Assembly (NCBI GenBank): GCA_019322895.1
Contig: JAHWHZ010000001.1
Span: 74,220-138,219, forward strand
Origin: Candidatus Woesearchaeota archaeon
GTDB lineage: Archaea > Nanobdellota > Nanobdellia > Woesearchaeales > ARS49
DNA length: 64,000 nt
Direction of reading: 5' to 3'
The notes below the pieces were generated by a model. It made no database searches. It was not told where the DNA came from and was given only the letters and a program-made list of their open reading frames with translations. Below are positions 28,904 to 39,431 of the stretch, one piece after another (the stretch's first letter is position 1; every line of letters begins with the position of its first letter). Position numbers and translations under genes: made by a program.

Positions 28904-29980
28904 TCATCTTAACACTCTGTCTTTTTGGTAGATGTCAATGAATGACTTGAATGCTGTCAAGATCAGCGGGCCTATTATGAATCCTGCAAAGCCGAAAAGT
29001 GTCAGGCCTCCTAGAACGCCTAATAAGATAAGCACAGGATGCAGTCCTGCCCTGTCTCCGATTAACTTAGGTTTTAATAGATTGTCTACGCTTGAGATTA
29101 TGAATGTTCCGTAAAGCAGTAATCCCACGCCGTTCCATATCAGTGTCATGTTTCCTTCTGTTGAGCCTTTTGCAATGAGGAACAATGCTGCTGGAATCCA
29201 AATGATTGCTGTGCCTACAAAAGGCACTAATGCAAATATTGCCATTACTAGACCCCATATCAGGAAAGTATTTATGCCAAAAATCCAGAACCCAAGTGCT
29301 CCTAGCGCGCCTTGTATCAATGCTATAAGGATTGAGCCGTACATTACTGCATGTGTCGTGTCTCTTATCTTGCCAAATATCCTTTCTTTATGAGCCACTT
29401 TAAGCGGCAGAAATGCTTTTATCTGCTTGATAAGACTCGGGCCGTCCTTGAGCAGGTAAAATATCACGAAGAATGTTATTACAATCTGAAGTATGATTCC
29501 TGGCAAGGAGAATATCAGGTCTGATGTCTTTTCAATCGCCAATGATGTGAACCTGCCCAGCATGTCCTGCAAGTAAAACTTTACTTCAGGATCTTCAATC
29601 CATACTTTTGTGAAATCAGTTGCTCGGCATAACAGCGTGTCCTTGCCTGCGCAATCAAGGTCAAGTATTTCTCCTGTAAGTATCTTTTGTTTTGCTCTTA
29701 TGTACATATACTGCGCTTCTGTGGCAGATGATTTGAGGATAAATGCAAAAGGGGTTATTATCAATAATATTATTACTACTGACACTATCAATGAGCATAT
29801 TGTCTTGTTTCTTATGACCTTATTGATCCATTTGAAAACAGGATAGAATATGTATGCTATCACTATGCTTGCCAATAATGCGTTTATGAAAGGCTTAACT
29901 ACCAAGAAGCTCAAAAAGCCCAGAAAGATGAATATCCCTAGGAAAAAGTATTTTACTGTATTGTTTGGTTTTACACCCAT
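28904..29980 (-). CDS. AI-2E (PerM/UPF0118) family membrane transporter
   Basis: About 8 transmembrane helices, 358 aa, typical topology. Confidence 0.45.
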   Translation of the reverse strand: MGVKPNNTVKYFFLGIFIFLGFLSFLVVKPFINALLASIVIAYIFYPVFKWINKVIRNKTICSLIVSVVIILLIITPFAFILKSSATEAQYMYIRAKQKILTGEILDLDCAGKDTLLCRATDFTKVWIEDPEVKFYLQDMLGRFTSLAIEKTSDLIFSLPGIILQIVITFFVIFYLLKDGPSLIKQIKAFLPLKVAHKERIFGKIRDTTHAVMYGSILIALIQGALGALGFWIFGINTFLIWGLVMAIFALVPFVGTAIIWIPAALFLIAKGSTEGNMTLIWNGVGLLLYGTFIISSVDNLLKPKLIGDRAGLHPVLILLGVLGGLTLFGFAGFIIGPLILTAFKSFIDIYQKDRVLR

Positions 29981-30026
29981 TTTTTAAGAAATAGGATGTT
30001 TAAGTATATATAAATGTTTTTATAAA

Positions 30027-30098
30027 TGGGCCCACCCGGGATCGAACCGGGGACCTCCTCGACGTCAACGAGACGTCATACCACTAGACCATGGGCCC
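30027..30098 (-). tRNA. tRNA-Val (anticodon GAC)
   Basis: Reverse complement folds as acceptor GGGCCCA/TGGGCCC, anticodon stem TCTCG/CGAGG with loop TTGACGT, and T-arm CCCGG-TTCGATC-CCGGG. Confidence 0.85.
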
Positions 30099-30139
30099 GC
30101 AACAATTAAAAGTTATATTCTGTTTAAAAAGGTTGCTCT

Positions 30140-31081
30140 TTAAGGCAAATTATCATAATAGAAATCTTCTACTGTGTTTGATGGGATTGCAAAGCCAACT
30201 CCTTCAAAATCAGATATTTTCTTTGTGTTTATGCCTATTATCCTTCCTAAAGTATCTACTAAAGGCCCGCCAGAGTTGCCTGGATTGATTGGGACATCTG
30301 TTTGTATGTAAAAGTTGCCATCTACTTTCCTGTTTAGAGCACTTACTATGCCTTCTGTCACTGTGAAGTCTAGTCCGCCAGGATTTCCTATTGCTATCAC
30401 GCTCTGTCCTATATCTACTTTGTCAGAATTGCCGAAATCCATTGCATCAAATGTTCCGTTGAATATCTTTATCAATGCAAGGTCAAGGTCTTCATCATAT
30501 GCGACCATTGCAACAGGATGCACTTCCTTGTCATATGTCAATGCTCCTGCACTCTTTGCTCCTTTCAATACGTGATAATTTGTTATTACAAAGCCTTCGT
30601 CATTAACAATCACTCCAGAGCCCACTCCTTTGTCTGTTCCTACTGACACAACTGCCTTTAATGCGTCTTCTATGATATTAGAGAAGTCTGTTGTCTTAAA
30701 GCTTAGTTTTGATAATTGCGTCTCTAGTTCCTCGCTTTTTGAGGCAACTTCGCTCAACTGCCCTGAAAGGCTTGAAAACTGCTGCTGGCTCTGCGCAGAG
30801 ACAGATTGTATGTTTGTTTCCAATGAAGTAACCTGCCCTGAAACATCTCCTTTGAAATCCGTGAATTCAGTATAGATTGTGTTTATCCTTCCTGTTATCT
30901 TGTTGTCAACATCTGTTATGCTTGATTCCAGGTTCTTGCTTTTTTTCTCTAGTTTTTGGTCCAGAGAAGCGAGCTCCTGCTTTAGGTTCTTGTTATCCTT
31001 GTAGAACTTGAATGTGATTCCTGAAGCTACAACTAAGATTAATAATGTGCTTATTATGAAATATTTGGTTGCCTGCTCCAT
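30140..31081 (-). CDS. Membrane-anchored trypsin-like serine protease (HtrA/S1C-like) with a coiled-coil
   Basis: N-terminal transmembrane helix; catalytic triad contexts ITNYHV (His), DLALIKI (Asp), GNSGGPLV (Ser). Confidence 0.75.
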   Translation of the reverse strand: MEQATKYFIISTLLILVVASGITFKFYKDNKNLKQELASLDQKLEKKSKNLESSITDVDNKITGRINTIYTEFTDFKGDVSGQVTSLETNIQSVSAQSQQQFSSLSGQLSEVASKSEELETQLSKLSFKTTDFSNIIEDALKAVVSVGTDKGVGSGVIVNDEGFVITNYHVLKGAKSAGALTYDKEVHPVAMVAYDEDLDLALIKIFNGTFDAMDFGNSDKVDIGQSVIAIGNPGGLDFTVTEGIVSALNRKVDGNFYIQTDVPINPGNSGGPLVDTLGRIIGINTKKISDFEGVGFAIPSNTVEDFYYDNLP

Positions 31082-31121
31082 ACGCCTGTTTTTGAATAAC
31101 TAGAATATAAATTTTGTGGAA

Positions 31122-32036
31122 TTATTCCATCTTCAATGTAAAAAGTATCCCGCCGTTGCGCGCAACATCTTTTATTATCTGTGCTGCAGACAAGATGACT
31201 AGATTGTCTGGGTTTTTCTTGCTTATCAAGGCAGGCAGTCTCTTGTTTAACAGTTCTCCTTTTGTTGTTGAGAGCCTTGGAATGTCTTTCAGCTTTTTTT
31301 CATAGAATATATTGTAGAACATCACATAAAAATCATATGTCTGCTTCACAAAATTGATGCAGTCCTTGCTTATGCGCAGGTTTTTCTTGTTAGACATCTG
31401 CTCATAGATATATTCTATTGTATTTGCGCAGGAAATCAACCGCACTATCAAAACATATATTCTTGTGCTCTTGAAACTGTTGAAGATGTGCTTCTTTGCA
31501 AGCATTCTTCTGCAATAATCACCGAATTGGTGGATGTTCTTTGTAACTCCTCTTACTTGGTCCAGCTTGTCCAGGTCATTGTTTTTCAGGTCCTGCAATA
31601 GCATCTCAATTAAACTTTTGTTCAGCAGAAACACTTTTCTCAGCAGCACAGAGAATTCCTCATTTATTACAGAAGAAAGGTTCTTTATCAAGCAGCCTTT
31701 GCTGGACTGTTCTATGATATGGTATCCTATGAGCTCGTCAACTGCCTGGTTCAGGCGGTTTATGCTTTTTCTGTCAAAGAATTTAACGTATATTTCATCA
31801 TAGCCTGCCAGATACAGGTTCCTGATGATTTGTTTTACATAGATTGGATTATTTGATTCAAGCTGGATCTCTATCCTGCTGCCTTTTCTTGGCTTGCCAT
31901 AGTTTACAACCAATTCGTTGCCAGATTCCTCGACATCAAGCTCGCTTTCTCCTGATAAACCCATCTCTTTAGTCCATTTTTTTGGGAGGGTCATCGTAAG
32001 TGTCCCGTTCCCCTGCTTGATTACCTTGCGCCTCAT
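31122..32036 (-). CDS. AbrB/SpoVT domain fused to a PhoU-like domain (paralog of 11557-12504)
   Basis: N-terminal VIKQGNGTLTMTLPKKWTKEMGLSGESELDV. Confidence 0.55.
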   Translation of the reverse strand: MRRKVIKQGNGTLTMTLPKKWTKEMGLSGESELDVEESGNELVVNYGKPRKGSRIEIQLESNNPIYVKQIIRNLYLAGYDEIYVKFFDRKSINRLNQAVDELIGYHIIEQSSKGCLIKNLSSVINEEFSVLLRKVFLLNKSLIEMLLQDLKNNDLDKLDQVRGVTKNIHQFGDYCRRMLAKKHIFNSFKSTRIYVLIVRLISCANTIEYIYEQMSNKKNLRISKDCINFVKQTYDFYVMFYNIFYEKKLKDIPRLSTTKGELLNKRLPALISKKNPDNLVILSAAQIIKDVARNGGILFTLKME

Positions 32037-32139
32037 ATTTCCTTATAATATCTTGTTCTATTTAAATGTTACGAATGATATTCAAATATATCAATTATAT
32101 TGCATAGATATATATTTTTATTTCGCTAAGAAATATATC

Positions 32140-32700
32140 ATGGCAAAGAAATGTGTTTTTATCGAGGCAATGCCTAATAACGGGCCTGCAGGAGATTATC
32201 AAGAGCAGAACAAGAAGATTCTAAAGGTTTTGAAAGAAAAATATGCGGTAATAACATATCACAGCCTTGAGCATGCTGCTTATCAGATGACTCATGCTGA
32301 TGCAGAGCAATGCAGTGATGTTTCTTTCATGGTAACAAACATTCCATATAGTGTGCAGATTCCTGAAATTGCAAAAATAAAGGCAGAAAGCATAAGAAAA
32401 AGGCTTGAAGGATTAGTAGGAGAAGAAAAAGAAGCAGAATTAAAAAACATTTCAGATGAAAATGCATTCAGTTCATACAAAGAGGCATTTGAATGCTTAA
32501 AGACATTAAAACAAGCTTTTCCTAAGATGAAGATCATTGCTTATTCTGCTGCCCACGAGACAGTCAGGAAAAAAGTGTATGAAGATAATCTGGCTTTTCG
32601 CGTGCACCAGAGAAATCACAGGTCTGGCCCTGCCTGGGAGCGCGCTAATCTGATTAATGGCATTGAGCGGGCCTTGGAAGGCTGGCAGGGGTGTGAATGA
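32140..32700 (+). CDS. Hypothetical protein (the ORF track extends to 31918, but that part overlaps the opposite-strand gene)
   Basis: Internal ATG at 32140 with an AT-rich promoter-like region upstream. Confidence 0.3.
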   Translation: MAKKCVFIEAMPNNGPAGDYQEQNKKILKVLKEKYAVITYHSLEHAAYQMTHADAEQCSDVSFMVTNIPYSVQIPEIAKIKAESIRKRLEGLVGEEKEAELKNISDENAFSSYKEAFECLKTLKQAFPKMKIIAYSAAHETVRKKVYEDNLAFRVHQRNHRSGPAWERANLINGIERALEGWQGCE

Positions 32701-33440
32701 TGCTTGAAAAAATCATTAAAAGTGCAAGGAATCTTTTGCTTTTAGGGGCATTGGCAGTTACTGGATGCTCTGCTTATGCTCCGCTTAAAAGCACGAATAT
32801 TCTTGATTCAAAAAAAGTTAAAACACAGGTCTGCCTGCGTTCTGGCATTGATTATGTCGGCTGGACTCCGCACACGACAAGCGAGCAAAGAACTGTCCCT
32901 ATTCATCCTGCAGACGGCGGATCATCAAGAGGCAAGATCACAACACAGAATTATTATGACTGCCCTTTTCGGCCAAGGCTTGGCATTGCAGGCTCTCTTG
33001 GAAATGATTCCTGCAGAATCAAGATTGGCCTGGACAATATGCTCAATCTGGGAATCATGAATGGTGAAGAGCAGGATCTGCCGAAACCGTATGAATCTTA
33101 TGGATTCTCTACTTTTCATCCTGACTTGATTACTTTCAAGCCGTTTATTGGATTGGAGACCGAATTTCTTGACACGCTGCTAATAAGTTTAGAGGCGGGG
33201 ATTACTTACTCTTCTTTCAGGCTTTACAAGGGTCATTACAGGTGGGCTGATTATGAAAAAATAGAAAAATACTCTCTTGGTTCTGGCCCAGGTGTTTTTG
33301 CAGGCATGGATCTTGCATTAAAGCTTGACAAAGACATATATTTCGGTGCAAGATTCGGTTTTGAGAATTATTTTATTGATGGCAGGCCAGACATCCAATG
33401 TTATTCTGGTTCGCTTTTGTTAATAAAAACTTTCAGGTGA
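32697..33440 (+). CDS. Lipoprotein, hypothetical
   Basis: Signal peptide plus lipobox AVTGCS. Confidence 0.4.
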   Translation: MMLEKIIKSARNLLLLGALAVTGCSAYAPLKSTNILDSKKVKTQVCLRSGIDYVGWTPHTTSEQRTVPIHPADGGSSRGKITTQNYYDCPFRPRLGIAGSLGNDSCRIKIGLDNMLNLGIMNGEEQDLPKPYESYGFSTFHPDLITFKPFIGLETEFLDTLLISLEAGITYSSFRLYKGHYRWADYEKIEKYSLGSGPGVFAGMDLALKLDKDIYFGARFGFENYFIDGRPDIQCYSGSLLLIKTFR

Positions 33441-33444
33441 AAAA

Positions 33445-33807
33445 ATGCTGCGATTTAATATTGAAAATGCCCGCGTGATGATGGATGTATTGTATGAGCC
33501 AGATTATACTTTAAGTATTTCTCGCAGTTCTTTTGGAAGTCCAAGTGATGATGAAGAAGGTTTTTGGGTCTATTTCAGCAATGGCAAGGAATCAATTGAT
33601 ATGATTGTAACATACAAAGGAGAAGGGATTTATCTTGAGAGGACTCCTGGCTACAGAAGCCATGCAGAAGACCATCCATTCCAGGAATATAATCCTGCAA
33701 TAACAGGAGACCCGCAGTCTCTCAGGAATTTTTTTGAGAAGATGAAGAGAATTCCTGCAGGCTCCGGGCCTGGAGAGATTACAGATCTGGTTTATAGAAT
33801 TGAGTAG
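33445..33807 (+). CDS. Hypothetical protein
   Basis: ORF only. Confidence 0.25.
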   Translation: MLRFNIENARVMMDVLYEPDYTLSISRSSFGSPSDDEEGFWVYFSNGKESIDMIVTYKGEGIYLERTPGYRSHAEDHPFQEYNPAITGDPQSLRNFFEKMKRIPAGSGPGEITDLVYRIE

Positions 33808-35074
33808 CTTTATTAACAATGAAAATCTTTATAGAGGCAAGATGAAGAAATATGGATTGTTTGTTCACCCGAATGTAGAAGATCCTAGTTTTAAGAATTC
33901 TGCTTTTGGAAGGCTTGAGCCTAGCGGAAGGATTGCCTGCACTGAGAACGGGCATATTCTTCAAAGTTATCTTGATAACAGAAAGATAATTCAGGAATTA
34001 AGCAAGACTTATGAGATGCGGTGGATGAATGATTTCTGGTATGCTGCTTCAAGGATTATCAAAGGGGACCCTTTAGACAGGTTTGATTTCATGATTACTA
34101 ATTTTCCTCCGAGAAGGGATGCAACAGAGTTAAGCATACGGCGCGGCGATAAGCTGGAAGCATTGGCAAGAGGAAAATCACCTGAAGAAAGAAGAAATAT
34201 ATTCCAGGAGTTCACAAAAGATCATCACGAATTTACAAGAATGCTTTATGAAAGAAGCATTGATTGCCTGGATCAGATACAGGAAAACCTTCCAGATCTC
34301 TTGATTATTATCTACACAGGCGCTCCAGGATATATTCGGAATTTATGCCATGAAAAAGGCGCTCATGTTCTTCACAGGAAAAGATACGGGATTGAGATTG
34401 AGACTGATGATATGAGAAGGCAAATCAATAAACTCCTAACAAATCAAGAATTGCTTGGCATAATCAAAAATAAAACATCTGGACTTCAAGCAGCTGCACA
34501 AGTTCTGGGAAGCCGAAAAGATGAAAGCACTGTTCCTGATTTAATATCCTTGCTGGAATCTCCTGGATTTGCAATGAATGACTATAAGCATATTGCTCAG
34601 GCATTGGGCGATATTGGCGATGTACGTGCAATTGCGCCGTTGTTCAGTTTTTTAGAGGAAGCAGGCCACCAATTCACTGGTTATGACAAGGATTATGGTG
34701 TTTGCCTGGCGCTTTACAGGATTGGCAACGAAAATGCGGGCAATAAAGCGAAAGTTGTTCAAGGCGCAATAGATTATTTGAATTCAAGGATAATGATTGA
34801 CAAAAGGCAGTTTAATTGGCAGCATGCAGCTTATGTTCTTGGAGAGCTCCGCGCAGAAGAAGGTGTTGATGTCCTGGTTGAACTTATCTGCGAAGACTAT
34901 CCAAAAGAAAAGAAAAGCATTGCAATTGATGCTCTTGGAAAAATTGCAACTGAGAAAGCAACAGAAGGCCTGAGAGAATGTGTCAGGAGAGGCTTTAGCG
35001 ATGTTGTAAAAGCAAGAGTTTCTCAATACAAGTATTTGCTTAAGAGAAATCCTGCGCTGAAAGAGTTCTTGTAA
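33800..35074 (+). CDS. HEAT/PBS-lyase repeat protein
   Basis: C-terminal HEAT-like repeats (ALGDIGDVRAIAPL..., ALGKIATEKATEGL). Confidence 0.4.
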   Translation: MSSFINNENLYRGKMKKYGLFVHPNVEDPSFKNSAFGRLEPSGRIACTENGHILQSYLDNRKIIQELSKTYEMRWMNDFWYAASRIIKGDPLDRFDFMITNFPPRRDATELSIRRGDKLEALARGKSPEERRNIFQEFTKDHHEFTRMLYERSIDCLDQIQENLPDLLIIIYTGAPGYIRNLCHEKGAHVLHRKRYGIEIETDDMRRQINKLLTNQELLGIIKNKTSGLQAAAQVLGSRKDESTVPDLISLLESPGFAMNDYKHIAQALGDIGDVRAIAPLFSFLEEAGHQFTGYDKDYGVCLALYRIGNENAGNKAKVVQGAIDYLNSRIMIDKRQFNWQHAAYVLGELRAEEGVDVLVELICEDYPKEKKSIAIDALGKIATEKATEGLRECVRRGFSDVVKARVSQYKYLLKRNPALKEFL

Positions 35075-35098
35075 ATTATTTTCCTGCAAAAAGGGTGT

Positions 35099-35473
35099 CT
35101 ATTTTAATACCCCTTGATAGCTTACATCTAATCGCAGCAATTCAAATTCTCCTTTTGCCTGCCTTTCTTTGTTGTGTTGGTATGCATCTGCTAATTTGTC
35201 AAGCATGCTGTAAAACTTCCATGTTGCACAGACTCCCATGTGCTCTCCATCCATGCCGCCTAACAAAACTGCGGTTGGAGTGAGGCTCATTTGGCTTAAA
35301 TATTTCTCTGCTAATTCTCTTATTGTTATTTCTTTGCCATTAAGCCTTGCAGGTACGATCTCATCAGCATCTGGATGTTTCCGTAGAAATGCCTCTAAGT
35401 CCATTCCCATATCCATTCTTCCTGCAAAGATAGACGCCGGTATCCTGTTTAATATTCTTAAAATTGTTTTCAT
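35099..35473 (-). CDS. Hypothetical protein
   Basis: ORF only. Confidence 0.25.
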   Translation of the reverse strand: MKTILRILNRIPASIFAGRMDMGMDLEAFLRKHPDADEIVPARLNGKEITIRELAEKYLSQMSLTPTAVLLGGMDGEHMGVCATWKFYSMLDKLADAYQHNKERQAKGEFELLRLDVSYQGVLK

Positions 35474-35504
35474 CTTACCCCCCCAGTCTTAACATTAATT
35501 TATT

Positions 35505-35888
35505 TTAATTTCTTTGATGCGGTAGCCCGATAAACTGTACTCGCAACGGCACTGATTTTCTCATTCCTTCATCTCTTCTCCTGCAAGCCTCAAGAGCTTC
35601 TTCAACAGCGATAGAAGAATATCCTTTTGGAGACAGGCCGCGTTCTTCTCTTATTTCTGCGCCCCATTCATCGCACAAGTCTTTAATAGAGGTTTGGTCT
35701 ATATGAGTATACACTTTTTCCCCCATGTTTCCATCAAGTACCGTGCCCATAAACCCTTGTATCTTGTCTCTTAGCAAGTTTTGCGGAACACAATGCAAAT
35801 TCTCAACTTTTTTTCTTCTTGCATACAAGTCTGCTTCTTCTAACTTGCGATAAACATGATCTTCAATCCGCTCCTTCAATCCAGCCAT
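35505..35888 (-). CDS. Hypothetical protein
   Basis: ORF only. Confidence 0.25.
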   Translation of the reverse strand: MAGLKERIEDHVYRKLEEADLYARRKKVENLHCVPQNLLRDKIQGFMGTVLDGNMGEKVYTHIDQTSIKDLCDEWGAEIREERGLSPKGYSSIAVEEALEACRRRDEGMRKSVPLRVQFIGLPHQRN

Positions 35889-35910
35889 TGTATATCACTA
35901 GAATATATTG

Positions 35911-37260
35911 CTACTTTAAATATTTTGCCCTGCCGATGCGTGCGATATCCAGCAAATCATAAGTCTCTATCTTGTTTTCCAGCCCTGCGAGTATTGGATT
36001 AAGGAATCTTACAACTCTCTCTTCAAGCTCGTCGCTTGTGCGTTCCCAGAAAGTTGGCACGTCTTTCCTGGTCATCTGCAATATTTCCCCTTTTTTACAG
36101 GGTTTTTTTGGAAACCTGTGCATCACTGCTATTGGCTTGCCTGCCAATACCTGCGCGCGGATGACTCCTTGATGCAATTGCCCTGTCTTATTTGATTTTG
36201 TTGGCATTGCTTCAAAATATTCCTGCAGTATTGATGCCCCCAGTTCTGCCACAGGATACTGCCACTTTTCCCCAAGCATCCAATACCACTTGAATGCATC
36301 ATTTTTCTTGTCTTCATCTGTATAATCAAATCCATTGTCCATTGCGTCTTCAACTTTTGCTCTTATGCCCTGCAGATCAAGCTTTTTTTCCTGTTCAATT
36401 AGTTGCTTAATATCTTCTTGTGAGAGAAAAGAGACTGAAACACCCATGTGGGTGCAAAGCGGTTTTTTTACAGCAACAATGCCGCCTGGTTTTAGTGTCT
36501 GCCTGAATTCTTCCAGTTCTTCAGGAGTGCTTATGCCCATTCCAAGATAAGTCTCTCTTGGAAATACTTCTTCAGGGTTTTCAATAAAATTTCTTGCAGT
36601 CCATTTTGGCACATGGGTATTGAGTGCATAAGATATCTGCAGTGAATTCAGGACAGGAAAAGTAATTCTTGCCGGTTCATATTGCTGATACCAGTAGATG
36701 CCTGCTTCTGGATGCCTTTCATAATCATGCCCCCATAAAACCAGAAGCCCGACATCATCAAAAGGCGCCAGCTCTTTCCACATTTCCATTCTCTTGAGGT
36801 TTATATGTTCAAACAGCACGCCGTCTTCTGGTGAATATGCAAACAAGTCTCCAAAAATAAATTCAACTTTGCTTCTTCTTGCTGCTTTTACAAGAAATTC
36901 TATTTCTTTTTTGAACACGCCGTGCGTAAGATTCTCATCGAATACTTTTTGTTCAGCCCGCCACTCAAGATGCGCTGCTCCTTTTGGAAGGCTGTCATAA
37001 AATTCTTCCAATGCTTTTGGAAAATTGTAAGGCTTTCTTTCCTTGGAAACAGACAAGTAAAGTATTTTTCTGCCTTGGCTTATTTCCTTAAGCATATCCA
37101 TGAACCTGTATATCCTGGACAGTCTTGGCTTGTATCCTGCTTTCTCGCTAAAACTTATAGCATCGCTCAATCCATGCATATCAAGAATCTTGAAAGTGTC
37201 TTCTTTTGTGTGGATTACATCAATGCCGTAGTAGTTCTTGGGCTGCATAGATATCTTCAA
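35911..37260 (-). CDS. Hypothetical protein (449 aa)
   Basis: Long ORF; 4-nt overlap with the upstream gene 37257-37823 suggests an operon. Confidence 0.3.
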   Translation of the reverse strand: MKISMQPKNYYGIDVIHTKEDTFKILDMHGLSDAISFSEKAGYKPRLSRIYRFMDMLKEISQGRKILYLSVSKERKPYNFPKALEEFYDSLPKGAAHLEWRAEQKVFDENLTHGVFKKEIEFLVKAARRSKVEFIFGDLFAYSPEDGVLFEHINLKRMEMWKELAPFDDVGLLVLWGHDYERHPEAGIYWYQQYEPARITFPVLNSLQISYALNTHVPKWTARNFIENPEEVFPRETYLGMGISTPEELEEFRQTLKPGGIVAVKKPLCTHMGVSVSFLSQEDIKQLIEQEKKLDLQGIRAKVEDAMDNGFDYTDEDKKNDAFKWYWMLGEKWQYPVAELGASILQEYFEAMPTKSNKTGQLHQGVIRAQVLAGKPIAVMHRFPKKPCKKGEILQMTRKDVPTFWERTSDELEERVVRFLNPILAGLENKIETYDLLDIARIGRAKYLK

Positions 37261-37823
37261 AGATATAGATTTATCCTTTCTGCAAGCATATCCCCTATTT
37301 CGTCATTAGTTGCTCCGTTGCTGATTGCTGCTGCAACTCTGTTTAAGACATTAGTTATTGGGTATTTCTCAGCTCCACTCTCGCTTGTTCTATCTGCAGA
37401 TATCTGCAAGATTTCATCCCTAGTTGCTCCACTGTCAATTGCTGCTGCAGCTTCTATTAAGACATCAGTCAGTATCCTTTTTTCTTCCCAGCAGCCGCCT
37501 AAGCGATGATACGAATCCTTTAAAATCTTTCTTAAATCCTCCAAAGCGTAATATGCAAGGTCATCAACAAAGCGGTAAGGCTGTCCTGACAAGGCTTTTT
37601 TTAAAAAAGTATGATACCGCATATAAGCGCGCGTTGCGCTGTGTGGTTCCCCTTCATGACCACATTTTTCCCAGAAATCCTCGCTCCAATCAAAGCCTCC
37701 TCTGTCTTCCTGAACTGTTGCCAAGCGCAGCAGTTCATGCTCAGGATCTTTTGCCTGTAATTGCTCATACTCCCCAAGTATAATGCTTAATATGCTTGAG
37801 ATATCATCCATTGCGTTTCCCAT
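37257..37823 (-). CDS. Hypothetical protein with an internal duplicated motif
   Basis: VLIEAAAAIDSGATRDEILQI / VLNRVAAAISNGATNDEIGDM repeat. Confidence 0.3.
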   Translation of the reverse strand: MGNAMDDISSILSIILGEYEQLQAKDPEHELLRLATVQEDRGGFDWSEDFWEKCGHEGEPHSATRAYMRYHTFLKKALSGQPYRFVDDLAYYALEDLRKILKDSYHRLGGCWEEKRILTDVLIEAAAAIDSGATRDEILQISADRTSESGAEKYPITNVLNRVAAAISNGATNDEIGDMLAERINLYL

Positions 37824-37986
37824 TTTTTATCTCCCCCGATACCAATAATTCGCTTATAATAAATATCTCTTTAAATATTTTGCTGAAAAAAAGCTCCACA
37901 AAAACTGATTGTCTTACAAAGTTACAATTTCGTCAAGTCTATGCCTGCGGCCAAAAGCTTTAAAAAGAAGAATCTGCTGTAAAAGA

Positions 37987-39084
37987 GCAATGATAAAGCA
38001 GATATTTATTTTGCTTGCTTTATTTTTGCTGGTTGGGTGCAATGCAGAATTAAAGCAGATAACAGAAGGCCCTGATGAAGGCTTTGTTGAATTAGGCAGG
38101 GAGTATTTCTACGCAATGTGGCCTGCGGATATTGACGGCAAACTGGCGTATGTTGCTTCCAGGGACTATAAGCATTTTGTGATTTTGGACGGGGTGCAGG
38201 GCAAAGAATATGATTATGTGCCAGGATACGAGCTGATTGCTGTTGACGGCAAATTAGCATATGCTGCGGGGAATTATAAGGGAGACAGGGGCCAGTTCAT
38301 CGTGTTTGACGGTCATGAAGAAGGGCCGTATGAAACAGTCCGCCATCTGACTGGCATTGACGGCAGACTGGCTTTTTTGACTTACTTGAAGGCTGAGCTG
38401 GAAGAAAAAGATAAATGGTTTGTTGTTTATGACGGCCACGCCTCTCCAAAGTATGATTATATTGAATGGATTAAAGAAATAGCCGGCAAGCCTGCTTATG
38501 CAGTAAGAAATAACGGCAAATCTTACGTGGTCTTTGACGGGAAAGAGCTTGCTTTTTATTATGATGATGTCTATGGCTTTACAGATGTTGGCGGCAAAAT
38601 GGCGTTTATCGCTGAGCAGGACAAAAAATTCTTTGTTGTCGTTGATGATGCAGAAGGAAAAAGATATGATGAAATCAAAAGCGACAATATTTATGACATT
38701 CAGGGCAGGCCGGCTTATGCTGCAAGGAAAGAGAATCAATGGTTTGTCGTTCATGGCGCAGAAGAATACGGCCCGTATGAAGAAGTGCACAGAATACAGG
38801 ATGCAGGAGATAAACTTGCCTTTTCTGCTGTTCAAAATGGCGAATCAATCTGCTTACTTGATGGAAAAGAGCTGCGGCCAGAACCGCAGGCATACGGTGA
38901 AATAATTGATGTGAACGGCAGATTAGCATATGCACGGTATGATGATGTCGGCGCGCATATCATCTATGACGGCAGAGAGCTGGGCAGGCAATACGACCGC
39001 ATACAAAACCTCCGGTCTATAGGAGATAAATTAGCATACCAGGCCACAAAAAACAATAAAACATTCATTGTGCTGGAAGAATGA
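37987..39084 (+). CDS. Lipoprotein built of ~10 tandem ~30-aa WG/DG..AY repeats (likely beta-propeller-like)
   Basis: Signal peptide plus lipobox LLVGCNA; repeated DGK/R-LAY...F.V.DG units. Confidence 0.45.
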   Translation, partial: AMIKQIFILLALFLLVGCNAELKQITEGPDEGFVELGREYFYAMWPADIDGKLAYVASRDYKHFVILDGVQGKEYDYVPGYELIAVDGKLAYAAGNYKGDRGQFIVFDGHEEGPYETVRHLTGIDGRLAFLTYLKAELEEKDKWFVVYDGHASPKYDYIEWIKEIAGKPAYAVRNNGKSYVVFDGKELAFYYDDVYGFTDVGGKMAFIAEQDKKFFVVVDDAEGKRYDEIKSDNIYDIQGRPAYAARKENQWFVVHGAEEYGPYEEVHRIQDAGDKLAFSAVQNGESICLLDGKELRPEPQAYGEIIDVNGRLAYARYDDVGAHIIYDGRELGRQYDRIQNLRSIGDKLAYQATKNNKTFIVLEE

Positions 39085-39090
39085 ATGCGT

Positions 39091-39345
39091 CTATTTTTCT
39101 TTTCTAAGTTTCTGATAAACCGCTCTTGCCCCGTAATACGTCATCGCACCACCCAGCGCAGTCGCCAAAATTGGCATAACAATGCAGTATGAAACTGGCG
39201 TCATGATGCATGACAGCCCCGCATCTTTCGCACCCTTTGCAACAGAAAGTAGAGAAAGTTCTCTATCTTCTGATAAGGTCTCTTCCAGGTCTTTTTTCCA
39301 CCCTTCTTTTGTTAAGTAGTCTCTTAGTCTCTGCATTTTCTTCAC
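39091..39345 (-). CDS. Small membrane protein
   Basis: One or two transmembrane helices. Confidence 0.25.
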   Translation of the reverse strand: MKKMQRLRDYLTKEGWKKDLEETLSEDRELSLLSVAKGAKDAGLSCIMTPVSYCIVMPILATALGGAMTYYGARAVYQKLRKEK

Positions 39346-39431
39346 CTCTAGTAAATATCAAGATATTCAGCACTTATAAATCTTTGTTGTTGTGATTAAC
39401 CACAACATTTAAAAACAATCGCGTATTTCTA

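Noticed and set aside
31918-32139. N-terminal 74 aa of the ORF-track entry 31918-32700
   Set aside because: Overlaps the well-supported minus-strand AbrB-PhoU gene; an internal ATG at 32140 follows a promoter-like AT-rich stretch.
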